DNA from: Octopus vulgaris | Taxonomy: Eukaryota | DNA: 64,000 bases | Direction of reading: 5' to 3' | NCBI GenBank assembly: GCA_951406725.2 | Contig: OX597836.1 | Span: 2,790,001-2,854,000, forward strand | Translations under genes and position numbers: made by a program | Part shown: piece after piece, positions 25,329 to 42,100 of the stretch | How positions within the stretch are numbered: the stretch's first letter is position 1 | Layout of the letters: each line of letters opens with the position of its first letter | Notes under the pieces: generated by a model | What the model saw: only the letters and a program-made list of their open reading frames with translations | Database searches by the model: none | Told to the model about the DNA's origin: nothing

Positions 25329-25903
25329 TTCTATTGATTTTTTTCGTTTCTCTTCTTCGCGTTGATGTTGAATATGTAATCCGGTGTGTAATTTAGAATT
25401 AGTTATGCAACATATTTTGTTCGCTTCTCCAGGAGCTCTTTTCAAATACCGCTGTGGACAAATTAGTGTTACATTGTTTCGGCACCGACTGTGTATAACT
25501 GATGAACTAGGAAGGATAACATCAACTATCCAGGCCCCTTAAAAGTTCTATATAAAAGAAACTGCTATCAATCAAAAGTCATTATAAAACGAGCAGGTTT
25601 TTTCACGTAACACTTACGGTTACCAATAATGTTTGGCTAATAACAAAATTTTTAAGCTGTAAATCTGTATCTAATTCATGCATTTTTCGTTTTGTTTGTT
25701 AAACTATTTCAGATTTCTAGAAAGATCTTTAGCTTCAAATAAGCTGCCTCATTTTGTTCGTAATGAAATCTCAAGACGAAATGGGAACAATGGTGGGACT
25801 GTACTTTGGATTTCGATGTCAATACGTCATTCGAGAAGTCCATTGTAATCTGATTCAGAGTGTGCACTTGAAACTGCCATTGTATGACCTAAGATATACA
25901 TAC

Positions 25904-26041
25904 ATAGGAATGGGGGTGTGGTAAGAAGTTTGCTTCACAACCACACGGTTCCGGATTCAGTACCACTGCATGGTACATTGGACGAGTGTCTTCTACCATA
26001 ACCTCGGATTTGGTACATGGAAACTGAAAGAAGCCCATCGC

Positions 26042-26086
<45 letters not shown>

Positions 26087-26291
26087 TATGTCTGTGTTTG
26101 TATGTCTGTTTGTCCCGCCACTATCGCTTGACAACCGATGTTGGTGTGTTTACGACCTCCGTAACTTACCGGTTCGGCAAAAAAGTCAGATGGAATAAGT
26201 ACTAGGGTCACAAAGAATAAGTCCTAGGGTCGAGTTGTTCGACTAAAGACGGTGCCCCATCATCGCCGCAGTCAAATGACTGAAACATGGA

Positions 26292-26292
<1 letters not shown>
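25904..26292 (+). mobile_element. SINE family C, near full length with internal microsatellite
   Basis: tRNA-like head (GTGTGGTAAGAAG..GGATTCAGTACC), CORE-like segment, GAAACTGAAAGAAGCCC, (TA)n, 3' half ending GCCGCAGTCAAATGACTGAAACA. Confidence 0.9.
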
Positions 26293-26354
<62 letters not shown>

Positions 26355-26916
26355 GGTGCTGAAATGTTCTTGACTTTAAGGGCTTCGCGGAAAGACTGTA
26401 ATTTTACAGGGTTTTTAAAATTGCAAACTGCATGCTATTAATGAGGCGCCCACGCTGTGCAATGATATGTGCAACGATATGTGCAACCACACATTAACTA
26501 TTTCAGCTGTAATACACAGACAATCATTAGAATGCAAATTTATCTTTATTCTCAATCATTATGCACAATCCAGAAATAAAACTCATTTATTCTCAATTAC
26601 TGGGATGTTTTCTTTTGCTTCAGAAGATCCCCTGGAGCCGAAGAATTCCACTGATTTTTTTCCATCAAAAAAATTTAGTAATTTTTATTTTCATTTTTGT
26701 TTTTGAAACTTGTGCAAATTCTATAGGTTTGATCACATTGTTCCTACAATGGAATTTTTCAGAAGAATATTTTTAGATAGACTTCGTTCTTTAAAATAGA
26801 ATTGTACATCCATAACAGAATAGTTTCCTATTCAAAGCATGTGTTTATTAACAGAACGATATATAGCAAGTGGCCGGTATAAACACACAAATATTTACAG
26901 ACAAGAAAGTCTTAAC

Positions 26917-29160
<2,244 letters not shown>

Positions 29161-29185
29161 AGATAGATAGAGATAGAGATAGATG

Positions 29186-29231
<46 letters not shown>

Positions 29232-29275
29232 TAGATAGATAGATAGGTAGATAGATAGATAGAGAGATAGAGAGG

Positions 29276-29317
<42 letters not shown>

Positions 29318-29336
29318 GATAGATGGATAGATAGAG

Positions 29337-29392
<56 letters not shown>

Positions 29393-29410
29393 TGATAGAT
29401 AGATGGATAG
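29161..29410. repeat. (GATA)n array at the 5' side of the ORF1-only element
   Basis: Directly visible. Confidence 0.97.
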
Positions 29411-29822
29411 ATCGATAAGATAACATAAGATGGATAAATTTCAAACGTGCGTGAGTTGGTGATGTTTTATGAAATTTATGGAGGCAAATATATGCATACA
29501 AATATATAAATGATATATCTATGTAGAAGTGCACGGCTTTAGCAATGTGATTCCTGATGTCTTTCTGCTCGATTCAGCGCGGTTGCATGCGCCTGCGTGT
29601 TAGTCTGCGTAGGTACGTCTAACGGTGTATATCATTCTTCTTTTTGTATACGCTTGTATACAAGAGAATATGCTTGTATCTCATAAGTGTGTCTATATAG
29701 AAAAAGAAACATAGAAAGAGGGCAAGATAGCTACGTAGAAAGGAAATATACACACGTATTAACATGTGTATGAATCTATGCATGTGAGCGTTTGCGTGTG
29801 TATATCTACATATATATATAGG

Positions 29823-29868
<46 letters not shown>

Positions 29869-30607
29869 AGTGTGTGTGTGTGTGTGCTTGTGTGTGTGAT
29901 CTCTTCGCTGGTTTCTACAGGTTTGGGAGTTTTTGTGAACGTAACTAAATGCATGTGAGCGACGAAAAAGACCGTAAACACACATTTGTAATATTGTGAA
30001 CATCACTGAACTTTGTCTTGAAATGTATGGGAGAAAGAAAGCAAATATGTAAAGAAACGCATTTGTTATGTAAGTAAAAAACATTACTTACTAAAAACAA
30101 CATTGGGTAATAAAGATAAGTTTTTTAGACTACATATAGAGTCACACACAACAATGACATATGGGATATGTCTATGTGGATGTATATACATGCATACACA
30201 CACATACACACACATATACACACACATATACACACATATACACATACACACACACACATATATATAAACACTCTCATGTGTATGCCCTCTTGTATGTATT
30301 TATTATGTATTTATGCCTGTTTGTTTGTGTTGTATGTATGTATGAATGTATGTGAATGTGTATATTATGTTTTTCAGTGCCTTCACTATCATCATCATCA
30401 TCATCATCATCATCTGTGTATGTATGGATATAATGTATATACATGTAATTGTATCTGTCCATTTGCCTATGTATGTACTTACGCATGTGAATGCATGTAT
30501 CTACGTTCTTATATATGTATATATACATATATATATGTATTTATATATGCATGTATGTATATAAAACATATATATATATATATATGTATATACATATGTA
30601 TATATAT

Positions 30608-30659
<52 letters not shown>

Positions 30660-31224
30660 ATTATGTCAATGCATGTGTATATAAATAACAAAATGTTCTT
30701 TCCTGACAAGTACATCCCTTTCAATAAACACACGGACGCATTCACACTCAAACACGCACACACACATGTATATATATATATATATATATATATACGCACA
30801 CACCGAACGTAGATTGCCAAATAACATCGTACACAGTACATTCCCCCTCACATCTTTCTCCTTTCTTCCATCTTCTCTCTCATTGTGTAAAGCAAATTGG
30901 AATTATGGCGGACTTATTTTCTCAGAGACTCCAAGAAACGGATGATATATGCCAGATACTACTAAGTACAAATCTTATTTGAAAATCCATTCCTTATCAA
31001 AGAATGCCGCTTTAGACTAACAACTGGTTCCAACATGCTAATATATATTTTATGGAAAAAACATAAATATGGAGAGGATTCCCTATGTATCATTGTTTTC
31101 CCTTTGATGTCTTTCATCTCTTTGTTCTTTCTCTCTTTCAGATATTCTTCAATTGTATTTTCCTTCTTTGTTTTGTATGTGTGTTCTGTTGATATATAGA
31201 TGTATTTATTTCGGTTTTGATGCG

Positions 31225-31265
<41 letters not shown>

Positions 31266-31299
31266 CCATTTTCTTCTACTTTTTCTTCTTATTTTTCTT

Positions 31300-32370
<1,071 letters not shown>

Positions 32371-32380
32371 TATTATCACC

Positions 32381-32515
32381 CGCTGCTACGTTCTGAGTTC
32401 AAACTCAGTAGGGGTCGACATCATTTTCGATATCGAGGCCTTACATGATTTTCAGGGCCGACAAATTAAGTACTGATACTTCAAAGTGCACCAGTTACAT
32501 CGGTGTCGATATCTA
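32381..32515 (+). mobile_element. SINE family B fragment
   Basis: GCTACGTTCTGAGTTCAAA..GGGGTCGAC..GACAAATTAAGTAC. Confidence 0.6.
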
Positions 32516-32557
32516 TACGTGTATTCATATAAATATAAGCATAAATATATTTATACA

Positions 32558-32596
<39 letters not shown>

Positions 32597-32607
32597 GTGT
32601 GTGTGTT

Positions 32608-32665
<58 letters not shown>

Positions 32666-32764
32666 AATATACATAAACACGCACACATACATATATATAT
32701 ATATATGTATAAATATATTTATGCTTATAGTTATATGAATACACGTATAGACATCGACACCGAT
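32499..32764. repeat. Near-perfect inverted duplication centred on (TA)n
   Basis: ATCGGTGTCGATATCTATACGTGTATTCATATAAATATAAGCATAAATATATTTATAC at 32499 recurs as a reverse complement ending at 32764, with 2 substitutions in the unique part. Confidence 0.9.
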
Positions 32765-32807
32765 ATATATATAAATAGACATCAATCCATACATAAGCGT
32801 TATATTT

Positions 32808-32862
<55 letters not shown>

Positions 32863-33444
32863 TGTGTGTATACGTGTGTGTCTGTGCATATATATTTATC
32901 TATATTTACATGTGTATATATATTCATATACATATATTATATGATTGTATATATGTATATATATATTATTGGATTATATTATACGAATATAGATATAAGC
33001 TTTTATATATGTATTTTCGTGTGTGTATGTGTGCGTGTGTGTATTAAAAAAAAAGCTATTTCATTGGAACGCTTGCTCTCTCTACGTTCTCTGCAAGATT
33101 ATTTACTATAGTTGGCATGAGCCCAGGAAAGTGCGATTCTAAGAAACCACTGAGGAATAAAAGAACATTGTCTGGCTTCCCGTACGTTGAACTTGGAGAG
33201 TAAAAAAGACTTCCTCACCGCCACAAAGATGACAAATTAATTAAAAAAGATAATGGAAAACTTACTATTACACTCCAAAGAAAAAATATATATATAGCGG
33301 ATGATAGGACAGAAACAGCGAATCAATAAATAAATAAGTATAGGGCATACACAAAGAAAGGAAATGAAATTCACCCTTGAATAATGTTAGAAATGGAGAA
33401 GCAAACCTCGAATAACACGGTACTTTTGTGAATTGTTAACGCCA

Positions 33445-33523
<79 letters not shown>

Positions 33524-34109
33524 CATACATACATACATACATACATACATACATACATACATGTATATATATATTTATATAAATAAATATATATATATAT
33601 ATTTATTTATTTATATATATATACATATACATGAACGGAGGGCTTGGGGGAAAAGAGAGTTAGTTAATTTCGATTTTATTCAACCTATTCCCCTCTCAGT
33701 TTCACGTATTTATAGCAGCTCTCCTTCAATTTTTGTAAACCCTGTAAAAAATTCGGGAATTAGATCCAACAAAACTTTCAGTGATGCTCTGGAAACCAGG
33801 AACTTTTCAGCACCAACCTTCTGTACGCGCGTGTTTGTGTCAGTATGAATATACGTATGTGTGTTTGTAAATAGATACAGATGTTGACAGGAAAATGACA
33901 TGAAATAAACACATACAATTGACACATTAGTGACGCCTGTTTTCAGTAGCGACTGTAATCCTTGTTTTACATTGGATTAGTCAAATTTATGGACACAATT
34001 TGTGATGAGAATCTAACGTTTCAAAATGAATTAAGTTTATTAATCTATTTTCAAATCTAAGCAGTAACTTTGAAATTACTCCTGCTTTTGTACATCTACA
34101 ATGTAGATA

Positions 34110-34224
<115 letters not shown>

Positions 34225-34239
34225 TGAGAAAGAATGAGA

Positions 34240-34412
34240 ATGGCAGACACGAATCTTTTTAGAATGTGGGCCTTGAATTTAAGTGCCTTCGTGTTGAGTC
34301 CCACGGCGTGTCAAATTGGGAAATTTGTTTTTCTTTATGCCCTGGAGCCGATCAGATATTTGTGAGGTCTTTTAGGATTTGCGAAAATAAACAAGTAAAG
34401 GAACCATCGTAT
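34240..34412 (+). mobile_element. SINE family C 5' half, highly degenerate
   Basis: GTTGAGTCCCACGGCGTG..TTGGG..GCCGATCAGA..TTGTGAG..AAAGGAACCATCGTAT. Confidence 0.4.
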
Positions 34413-34689
34413 GGTAGTTTATATATTCATAGATAAATGCACTGCGTGCGTGTGTACCTCACTCTGTGTGCTCATGCTCTCACTCAGTCGCCTGTGGTTG
34501 TATTTATCGCTACAATACTCAACAAACAGTGGTGTATACTATACTTGGTAACTGTACGATTCGGATATTCCGCAACTGCGATCTTCAGGCTTGAACTATT
34601 ACAGTGTGGACTCATAGTCCAATTACACCGGTTGGGATGAGTGTTGTATTGACAGTTTTCTTTTGATCCTCTATTTTCCATATCTATAA

Positions 34690-35138
34690 TGCTGCGAACT
34701 GGCAGAAACGTTAGCTCGCCGGGTGAAATGCTTCGTGGTATTTCGTATGTCTTTATGTTCTGAGTTCAAATTCCGCCGAGGTCGAATTTGCCTTTCATCT
34801 TTTCGGGGTCGATAAATTAAGTTAGAGTTGTGTACTGCGCTCGATCTAATCGACTGGCCCCCTCCCCAAGAATTTCGAGCCTTGTCTCTAGAGTAGGAAA
34901 ATAATATCTTTCATGCCTATAAGGCTGCAAGCTCACAGAAACGTTAGCACGCCGGGCGAAATGCTTAGCGGTAATATGTTGTCTTTACGTTTAGAGTTCA
35001 AATGCTTCCGAGGTCGACTTTGCCTTTCATCATTTCGGGGTCAATAAATTAAGTACCAGTTGCGTACTGATGTCGATCAAATCAACTGCCCCCCCCTTCC
35101 TCAAATTTTCAGGCCTTGCGACTAGAGTAGAAAAGAAT
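34690..35138 (+). mobile_element. Two tandem SINE family B copies with type-2 tails (34690-34905, 34921-35138)
   Basis: Both have A/B boxes and the core; the second is flanked by AATATCTTT(C/G)ATGCCTA direct repeats. Confidence 0.9.
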
Positions 35139-35791
35139 ATCTTTGATGCCTACATAATGGTTATCTTTTGCGGTTTCTGTTTAATCTCTTTTGTTTTAAC
35201 TTCTTATATCTATCTGTGAAGTTCGATTTGTTTTGTGCTATGATTTTTATATGAGTGGTGTCCGTGGTGGTGTCGGTGTTGGTGTTGGTGGTGGTGGTGG
35301 TGGTGGTGGAGGCTGGATGACCAGCTACAAAATTCGACAAACCAATTTTTTCTCTCTTGCTTTTTATGTAATCTAATATTTGTAATGTAGCATGTTTTAC
35401 TAGTAAATATTGATATTACAGCGGAATGGTTTCGTTGATATGAATTTTGTTCTTTTGTTCTCTCAAAGGTTCAAAGCTTTGAAACAATTCTTAATTTGCT
35501 ATTTTTTTTAAAGCGTTTTATGAAAACTTTTATGAGCGTGTATATGCATGATTTTTAATTTGCATTTAATTATTATTCATGCTATTGATCTATTTACTGT
35601 GATTTTTCATAGTTTAACTAATTAGAAACTATTATTAAAGGATGTCATTATTGAATACATAAGTATAAATGTAATCATACTTTTTTATAGTCGCAATACG
35701 AGCTCAACACATATATCAATATTTATAATCCTTCAGGTATTGCCTCCCTGTCTTCACATGTTAGTTTCTATATTTTTAGTCAGACATTTAC

Positions 35792-36215
35792 AGGCGCAGG
35801 CCTGGCCGTATGATAGCAATCTTCCTTTCCAAAACACATGGTCTCGAATTTCAGTGCTACTGCGTAGCGCCTTGGGCTAGAAGATTCTAGTATGGCCTCG
35901 GGTGTACCAAGGCTTCTTGAGTGAATTTGATGGACGGAAACTGAAAGAAGACCGTCATATATGTTTATATAGATGTATGTATGAATATAAGCTGGTATGT
36001 ATGTATGTATGTATGTGTGTATGTGTGTTTGTCCACCACTTCTGCTTGACATCAGCTGTTGGTATGTTTACGTCCTGGTAACTTTATAGATTGCCAAAAG
36101 AGACGATAGTATAAGTATCAGGCTTTTAAAATACAAGTTATTCTCTGGTCGGTACATAAAATTAATAATTCTTCAAGGCTGTACCCCAGCATGGCCACAG
36201 TCTAATGACTGGCTC
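35792..36215 (+). mobile_element. SINE family C, full length
   Basis: AGGCGCAGG head, GACGGAAACTGAAAGAAG, internal (TATG)n, CCAGCATGGCCACAGTCTAATGACTG end. Confidence 0.85.
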
Positions 36216-36816
36216 ATGTATATTTATTTACACGATATCAGTCTCTTTTTGCATAGAATATCTCTTCTTACCTATCATAAATCGTTCTCTATACCTGTTT
36301 GTCATAAAATTTAATCATAATTTTAATAAGTTCTTTGGTGACATCTTCACCTGCAATGGTTAAACATTTTCCACTCTCCTCAGTGAATCTCTATGGCGTT
36401 CTCACTTATTTCCATTCATATATATATACCTCTATGGCATTGTTAGTAGGAAACTTATTCTAGTTAATCCTTCTAGAATATTCTAATTTTACTCAGTTAT
36501 ATCCTTCACATAACAGACGTCTGAGTATCGGGAGTGAGAACCTTGAATAATGCATTTGGGAGATTCAGTGCCTCAAATCTTATCTCACTTGGAACCGTGG
36601 TTTCGCTTATAAGTTTTAGGCGCCTAAAACTGTAACCATGATTAATCATCTCGAGTAAAAGACAGCACCAGAAACACTTGGCTCGTTCACATTGGAGCTG
36701 GAATAACATGAATATCAAGTGAGCTTCTTAAGGAATCAATGTGCACTGGTCCCATTATTCGAACCCAGAAATTTATGCTCGTGATTTGCTCTACTATACA
36801 TCAATTTCTATCTATG

Positions 36817-36862
<46 letters not shown>

Positions 36863-37050
36863 AACACACACACATATATATATACGTATTTATATTTATC
36901 TTACTACCTTTCTATCTATCTATCTAAGTATCTATCCAGCTATTTTTTCTCTTTCAGTCTGCCAGTCTATCTATCTCTCACGTATGATTGAGTGTATTTC
37001 TGTGCGTGTGTATGTGTGTGTGTGTATGTGTGTGTGTGTGTGTGTGTGAA

Positions 37051-37312
37051 TGTTGGAAAGTATATTTATATAGGAGTGTGTACATGCACATACGGTACAA
37101 TTGATCCTTCCAATAACTACAATCGCCGAAAGCGTGGTGGCCATAAGACCAACACGCTTGTCACGCCTGCCACATATAAAGAACACTTCAAAGATACTAA
37201 AGTAGAAGAGGGATTCACTCTCTCCTCATACATGGATTCGTCGTTAATAAAAGTGAGAAAACTTTTCCTTTGAACTTAAAGCTTGTTTATGCATTTCGTG
37301 TATACGACAACA
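37051..37312 (+). mobile_element. Candidate solo LTR
   Basis: TGTTG...CAACA termini, TATAAA at 37175, AATAAA at 37246; no target-site duplication visible. Confidence 0.3.
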
Positions 37313-37824
37313 AAGTCAAACGTGTATATTGCGCCTGATCATAGCCAAGAAAAGGTATTTTTTAGATATATATATGCACAGTAAAAGATTCCCGTTTCTG
37401 ATTGATGTTTCAATTGTAGATGGTACATTTAATCCGGTGCTCAATTTAACATCTCTATCCTAGTTCTTGGATGTTTTTAGTGAAATCCACTGCATTGCAA
37501 GTATGTTGGCGATCTCTCAGTTCAAGAATAACTACATTTTTTTTCTTTTCGTTAGTATGGAGTACCCTCAAATTTACTTACCACATCCTGACTAATGATA
37601 AAAACAAAAACATAGTCAAACACGGAAATCTAGGTAGATAGATAGAAATATAGATAGATAGTTGATTACATGGATAGGTAGATGGATAGATAGATAAATA
37701 GATAGATGAATATATAGATAGTTAAATTAATAGATAGATAGATAGATAGATTGATAGATAGATTGATAGATAGATAGATAGATAGATAGAAAGAAAGAAA
37801 GAAAGATTGATAGATAGAAAGATT

Positions 37825-37858
<34 letters not shown>

Positions 37859-37920
37859 GAGATAGATAGATAGAGATATTGATAGATAGATAGCTAGCTA
37901 GCTAGATAGATAGATAGATA

Positions 37921-38726
37921 TGTTTCTTTATTAGCCACACAGGGCTGCACACAGATAGAACAAATTACAAGGTAGAGCTTTTCTTTTGAAGGTTTAAAAA
38001 AAAAAGGAAGGGGGAGTTTCGATCAAAAGGGATCGTAAAAGGAGAGAAAGAGGACAAAAAAAGGGGGGTTAAAAAAAGGGGGAGAGGAAAAAAAATTGAT
38101 CAATAGGGATCGTTATCACAGAAATGTCAATATGAAGTGTAAAGGGGAGGACAGGTGAGGTTTACCCGTGGAAAGAAAAGCCTACGGAAAAGACCACGGT
38201 AACCTCGGTCAATGGAGTCACATGTTATATTTCTTTTTTTTTTTTTTGCGAATAAGCAACTCTCTGTTTTCAATTTCTGGGTTCATAGGATCATGCTCAA
38301 GGTGGCTTCGTCATTCATACGTGCCATTCTTGCTACATTCACCCATCTTTTTTTAAAACATTCGCTAGACAAAACTTGCCTCTCTACTCTCACTTTCCTT
38401 TTCAAGTGGTACTTGAAGAAGTTGATGAGAGATTGACCAGAGAGGAAAGTGTTTGTCTCCAATCCTTTCAGACGCGTCCACCAGGTACATTCTTTCGCCA
38501 TAGCCACAAGGATGATGAAAATAGCTCTTCCTTCCCGTTTGAAGGAGGGAGGCGTGACAATATTGACGATAGACTCAGCTGATAAACCGACTCGTCCCAC
38601 ACGTGACAGCAGTTGTTCGACATAAGCCCACAGGTCGGAAATTGTTGGACACTGCACGAGTGCGTGCAGAACGGTTTCGTCGCTCTGACCGCATCTCGGG
38701 CAAGTCGGCCCCGTGTTTCTCGAGCC
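37921..38726 (-). mobile_element. 5'-truncated L1/Tx1-type LINE (ORF2 C-terminus plus 3' UTR) inside a (GATA)n array
   Basis: Uninterrupted frame 38726-38283 with CPRCGQSDETVLHALVQC (C-x2-C-x8-H-x4-C) and AKECTWWTR; 3' end ..GCCCTGTGTGGCTAATAAAGAAACA; (GATA)n on both sides. Confidence 0.92.
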
Positions 38727-38785
38727 AGATAGATAGATATATATATAGATAGATATATAGATAGATAGATAGATAGATAGATAGG

Positions 38786-38860
<75 letters not shown>

Positions 38861-39159
38861 ATAGATCTCCTCTGTTCTGGGCCATTTGTTGAACGAAGGA
38901 GTTTAACGTTACTGTTCTCATTTGCTTTTCTTGAAGATGATTGTTCCCCTTTGTTTTCAATTATTTAAATTTAACTTCTGAACGAAAACTGGTTTCTACC
39001 AAAATGTGCGAAGCTCAATTGTTGGAATGTGGGTAACGAAAACAATGTCACATTTTGATCTTGAGGAAACTGTTGCATATTTCTAATGTTATACTTACCA
39101 ATTGTATTTGTAATCTGCGGGTTACTTCACATGTATGTATGCATACATTTAAGTCGTTA

Positions 39160-39690
39160 TTGCGTTTTATTTCAAGAGTCCTTGTTTAAAGAACAAGGAC
39201 CGGTTTATAACATAGATCCGGAGCACTTCATTGGAATTTCCACACCACCAACGGGGTATTTTTGTGTGTATATAAGGTTTGTATGTTTTGTTTTATGTAT
39301 GTATTCTGATGCATATAGTTACATATCTGGACATGTTCATATATATATTTAAATGATAAACTTCTGGAAAGTTTAACAGATTTTTACAGTTCCACTGATG
39401 GATTGGATCTGTAGTCTTCGAATTAGCTTCCTCCTTTCTGGTTTTGAGAAGCCTAATTTCTCAAGATTCGTATTTAGGCAGTGTGTTACATATGCCAGAG
39501 TCCCAACAATTACAGGTATAAACCTGGACTTGTAATTTGGATAGAGTAACTGCAGATTTCTCAACAGTTCCGCATAGGTGTTCTCTTTTTCACTGATCTT
39601 CAGTTGTATGTTAACATCAGCTGGGTAGCTATTTTCCACAACTATACACAGTTTCTCTTCTCTATCCCAAATCCTTATATCAGGTCACTT
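39160..39690 (-). mobile_element. R4/Dong-type LINE 3' end with restriction-like endonuclease domain
   Basis: PDIRIWDREEKLCIVVENSYPADVN..KISEKENTY..IPVIVGTLAYV..SISGTVKIC; 3' UTR with a 9-bp hairpin GTCCTTGTT-TAAAG-AACAAGGAC near 39178-39200. Confidence 0.85.
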
Positions 39691-39764
39691 GTTTATATAT
39701 TTTATTGGGGTATGTATGTCTGTTTGTATGCATATGTGTATGCAGCTCTCTTCTATATTTTAAT

Positions 39765-40010
39765 TATTATAAATCTTCCACTGAGGAAGGTGCCGGATTC
39801 CAACAATGATAAAAGGCTCCATCTTTTGAATGACAAATTTGCGTTTAGAACTTGAGAAAAGTTTTGCATATTTTTATTGTTCCACTCATAGACTGCATTT
39901 GTCTACGAATCAGCCGGTCAGTTTCTCTTTCTGCAAATCCCAGTTTATCCAGATTCTCCTTTAAGCATTTACTAACAAACCCTAGCGCTCCTATTATTAT
40001 TGATATGAAT
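39765..40010 (-). mobile_element. Second R4/Dong-type LINE 3' end (related family)
   Basis: IIIGALGFVSKCLKENLDKLGF..SMSGTIKICKTFLKF is homologous to the adjacent fragment, with a different 3' UTR. Confidence 0.8.
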
Positions 40011-40488
40011 ATGAATTGACATATATGTACGTGTGTATGTATGTATATATGTGTGTACGTTTCTTTGTATGCATGCATGTACGTGTGTATATATGTACTT
40101 GCTTTTCGTATTGCTCTTCCTCCAATTATTTTCTCCTCTCCTCTTTTCTCATCTTTTAGTTCTTAATATTTTCTCTCCTTCACCAATATATGCATCAATC
40201 ATAATGAAATATTAAAATATACCGACGACACTTAATTATTATTCCAAATAAAGACAATTGTTTTACATCATTTATTATTGTCCGTGTTTTTTTTCATTGT
40301 AGCGCTATTGTTTTTATTTTTTATTCTTTTTTTGGTGCCAGTTTATTTGATGCTGTTTTGCTTCTTGGTGATTTCATCTCAACTGTTGTTTTTTCTGTTC
40401 ATTTTTTCGTTGACGCCATTTTAATTATTTTTGGCCGTACTCTGTTCACAATCGCTTGCCTTATTGTTACTGTGTTTACATGCTACAG

Positions 40489-40489
<1 letters not shown>

Positions 40490-40554
<65 letters not shown>

Positions 40555-40832
40555 GTTATTATTGATATTGTTGTTGTTTTCGTTGTTGTTGTTGCTATTA
40601 TTATTATTATTATTGTTATTATTATTATTATTAGTAGTAGTAGTAGTACTAGTGGTAGTAGTAGTAGTAGTAGAAGTTGTAGTAGTAGTAGTAACAGCAG
40701 CAACAGTTTTAGGAGCAGCAGTGGTAGTAATAGTAGTAGTAGTAACAGAACAACAGCACCAGCAACAGCAGCAACAGCAGCAGCAGCAGCGGCAGTAGTA
40801 GTAGCTGTAGCAGTAGTAGTAGTAGCAGCAGC

Positions 40833-40885
<53 letters not shown>

Positions 40886-41026
40886 AAGTTGTAGTAGTAG
40901 TAGTAACAGCAGCAACAGTTTTAGCAGCAGCAGTGGTAGTAATAGTAGTTGTAGTAGCAGCAACAACAGCACCAGCAACATCAGCAACAGCAGTAGCAGC
41001 AGCGGCAGTAGTAGTAGCTGTAGCAC

Positions 41027-41090
<64 letters not shown>

Positions 41091-41627
41091 TGCAGTAGTA
41101 GTAGTAGTAGTGGTGCTGGCGCTGTTGCTGGTGGCGGTGGTACTATTAGTATTACTAGTAGTAGTGTTCTTGATGCTGTTGCGGTTGTTGTTGTGTTCGG
41201 TGATGCCTATTTTGTGATTGATGGTCATGTTGGTTTGGCAGATGCTCGGTCGATATGCGAGAACCTGCATGAGAAGCGTATTGCTGTTACAATTCACCAA
41301 ACATCATCATCATCATCGTCCTCATCGTCGTCGTTGTCATCATCAGCAACAACAAAAAAACCTAATCACCATCATTATCATCATCATGAAGAACTGTAGC
41401 AGCAATTCCAGCAACAACAACACCAACAGCAACCTCAGCAGCATCACCTACAAAGTCAACAATCGAGTCGTCACCTACCAATTTGATGCCTTTTCGATCG
41501 GCATTTCTGATCAATCTCCTTCTAATTATATCCGTTTTCAAAAGCAACATCATAACAGTAATTTATAATAATATTAATATTAACAACAATACTACTACTA
41601 GTAATAATAATAATAATAATAATAATG

Positions 41628-41660
<33 letters not shown>

Positions 41661-41735
41661 GTAACAATAATAATAATAATAATAAAAAATGATGATGATA
41701 ATAATAATAATAATAATGATAATAATAATAATAAT

Positions 41736-41769
<34 letters not shown>

Positions 41770-42021
41770 CAACAACAACAACATCAACAATAATAATAGT
41801 AATAATAATATTAGTTATGAAAATAATAAAACAGCTAACAAGACGGAACGCTCTGAGAAGGAAAACAATAATAATAATGACAATAACGACAACGAAGTTG
41901 TTGTTTTTGTTGTTGCTGTTTGTATTAGTGGTTTTGGTGGTGACGTTGATGACGACGATGATGATGATTAGTTCGACGATGATGATAATTATGATACGTA
42001 TGATCACGATGATGATGATGT

Positions 42022-42084
<63 letters not shown>

Positions 42085-42100
42085 CGATGAAGATGACGAT
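40490..42100. repeat. Compound trinucleotide repeat field (ATT, TAG/CAG, AAT, GAT) with a ~212-bp tandem duplication
   Basis: Unit starting GAAGTTGTAG at 40673 and again at 40885. Confidence 0.9.

Noticed and set aside
36250-36720. Possible CR1/L2 RT C-terminal remnant
   Set aside because: Only a vague RG..YK resemblance; insufficient without a profile search.
39778-39810. CTGAGGA hammerhead-like start
   Set aside because: No GAAA box or helices; it is the antisense of a LINE 3' UTR.
40456-41300. Mucin- or antifreeze-like Thr/Ala/Val ORFs
   Set aside because: Compound trinucleotide repeats with a local duplication; no splice or codon evidence.
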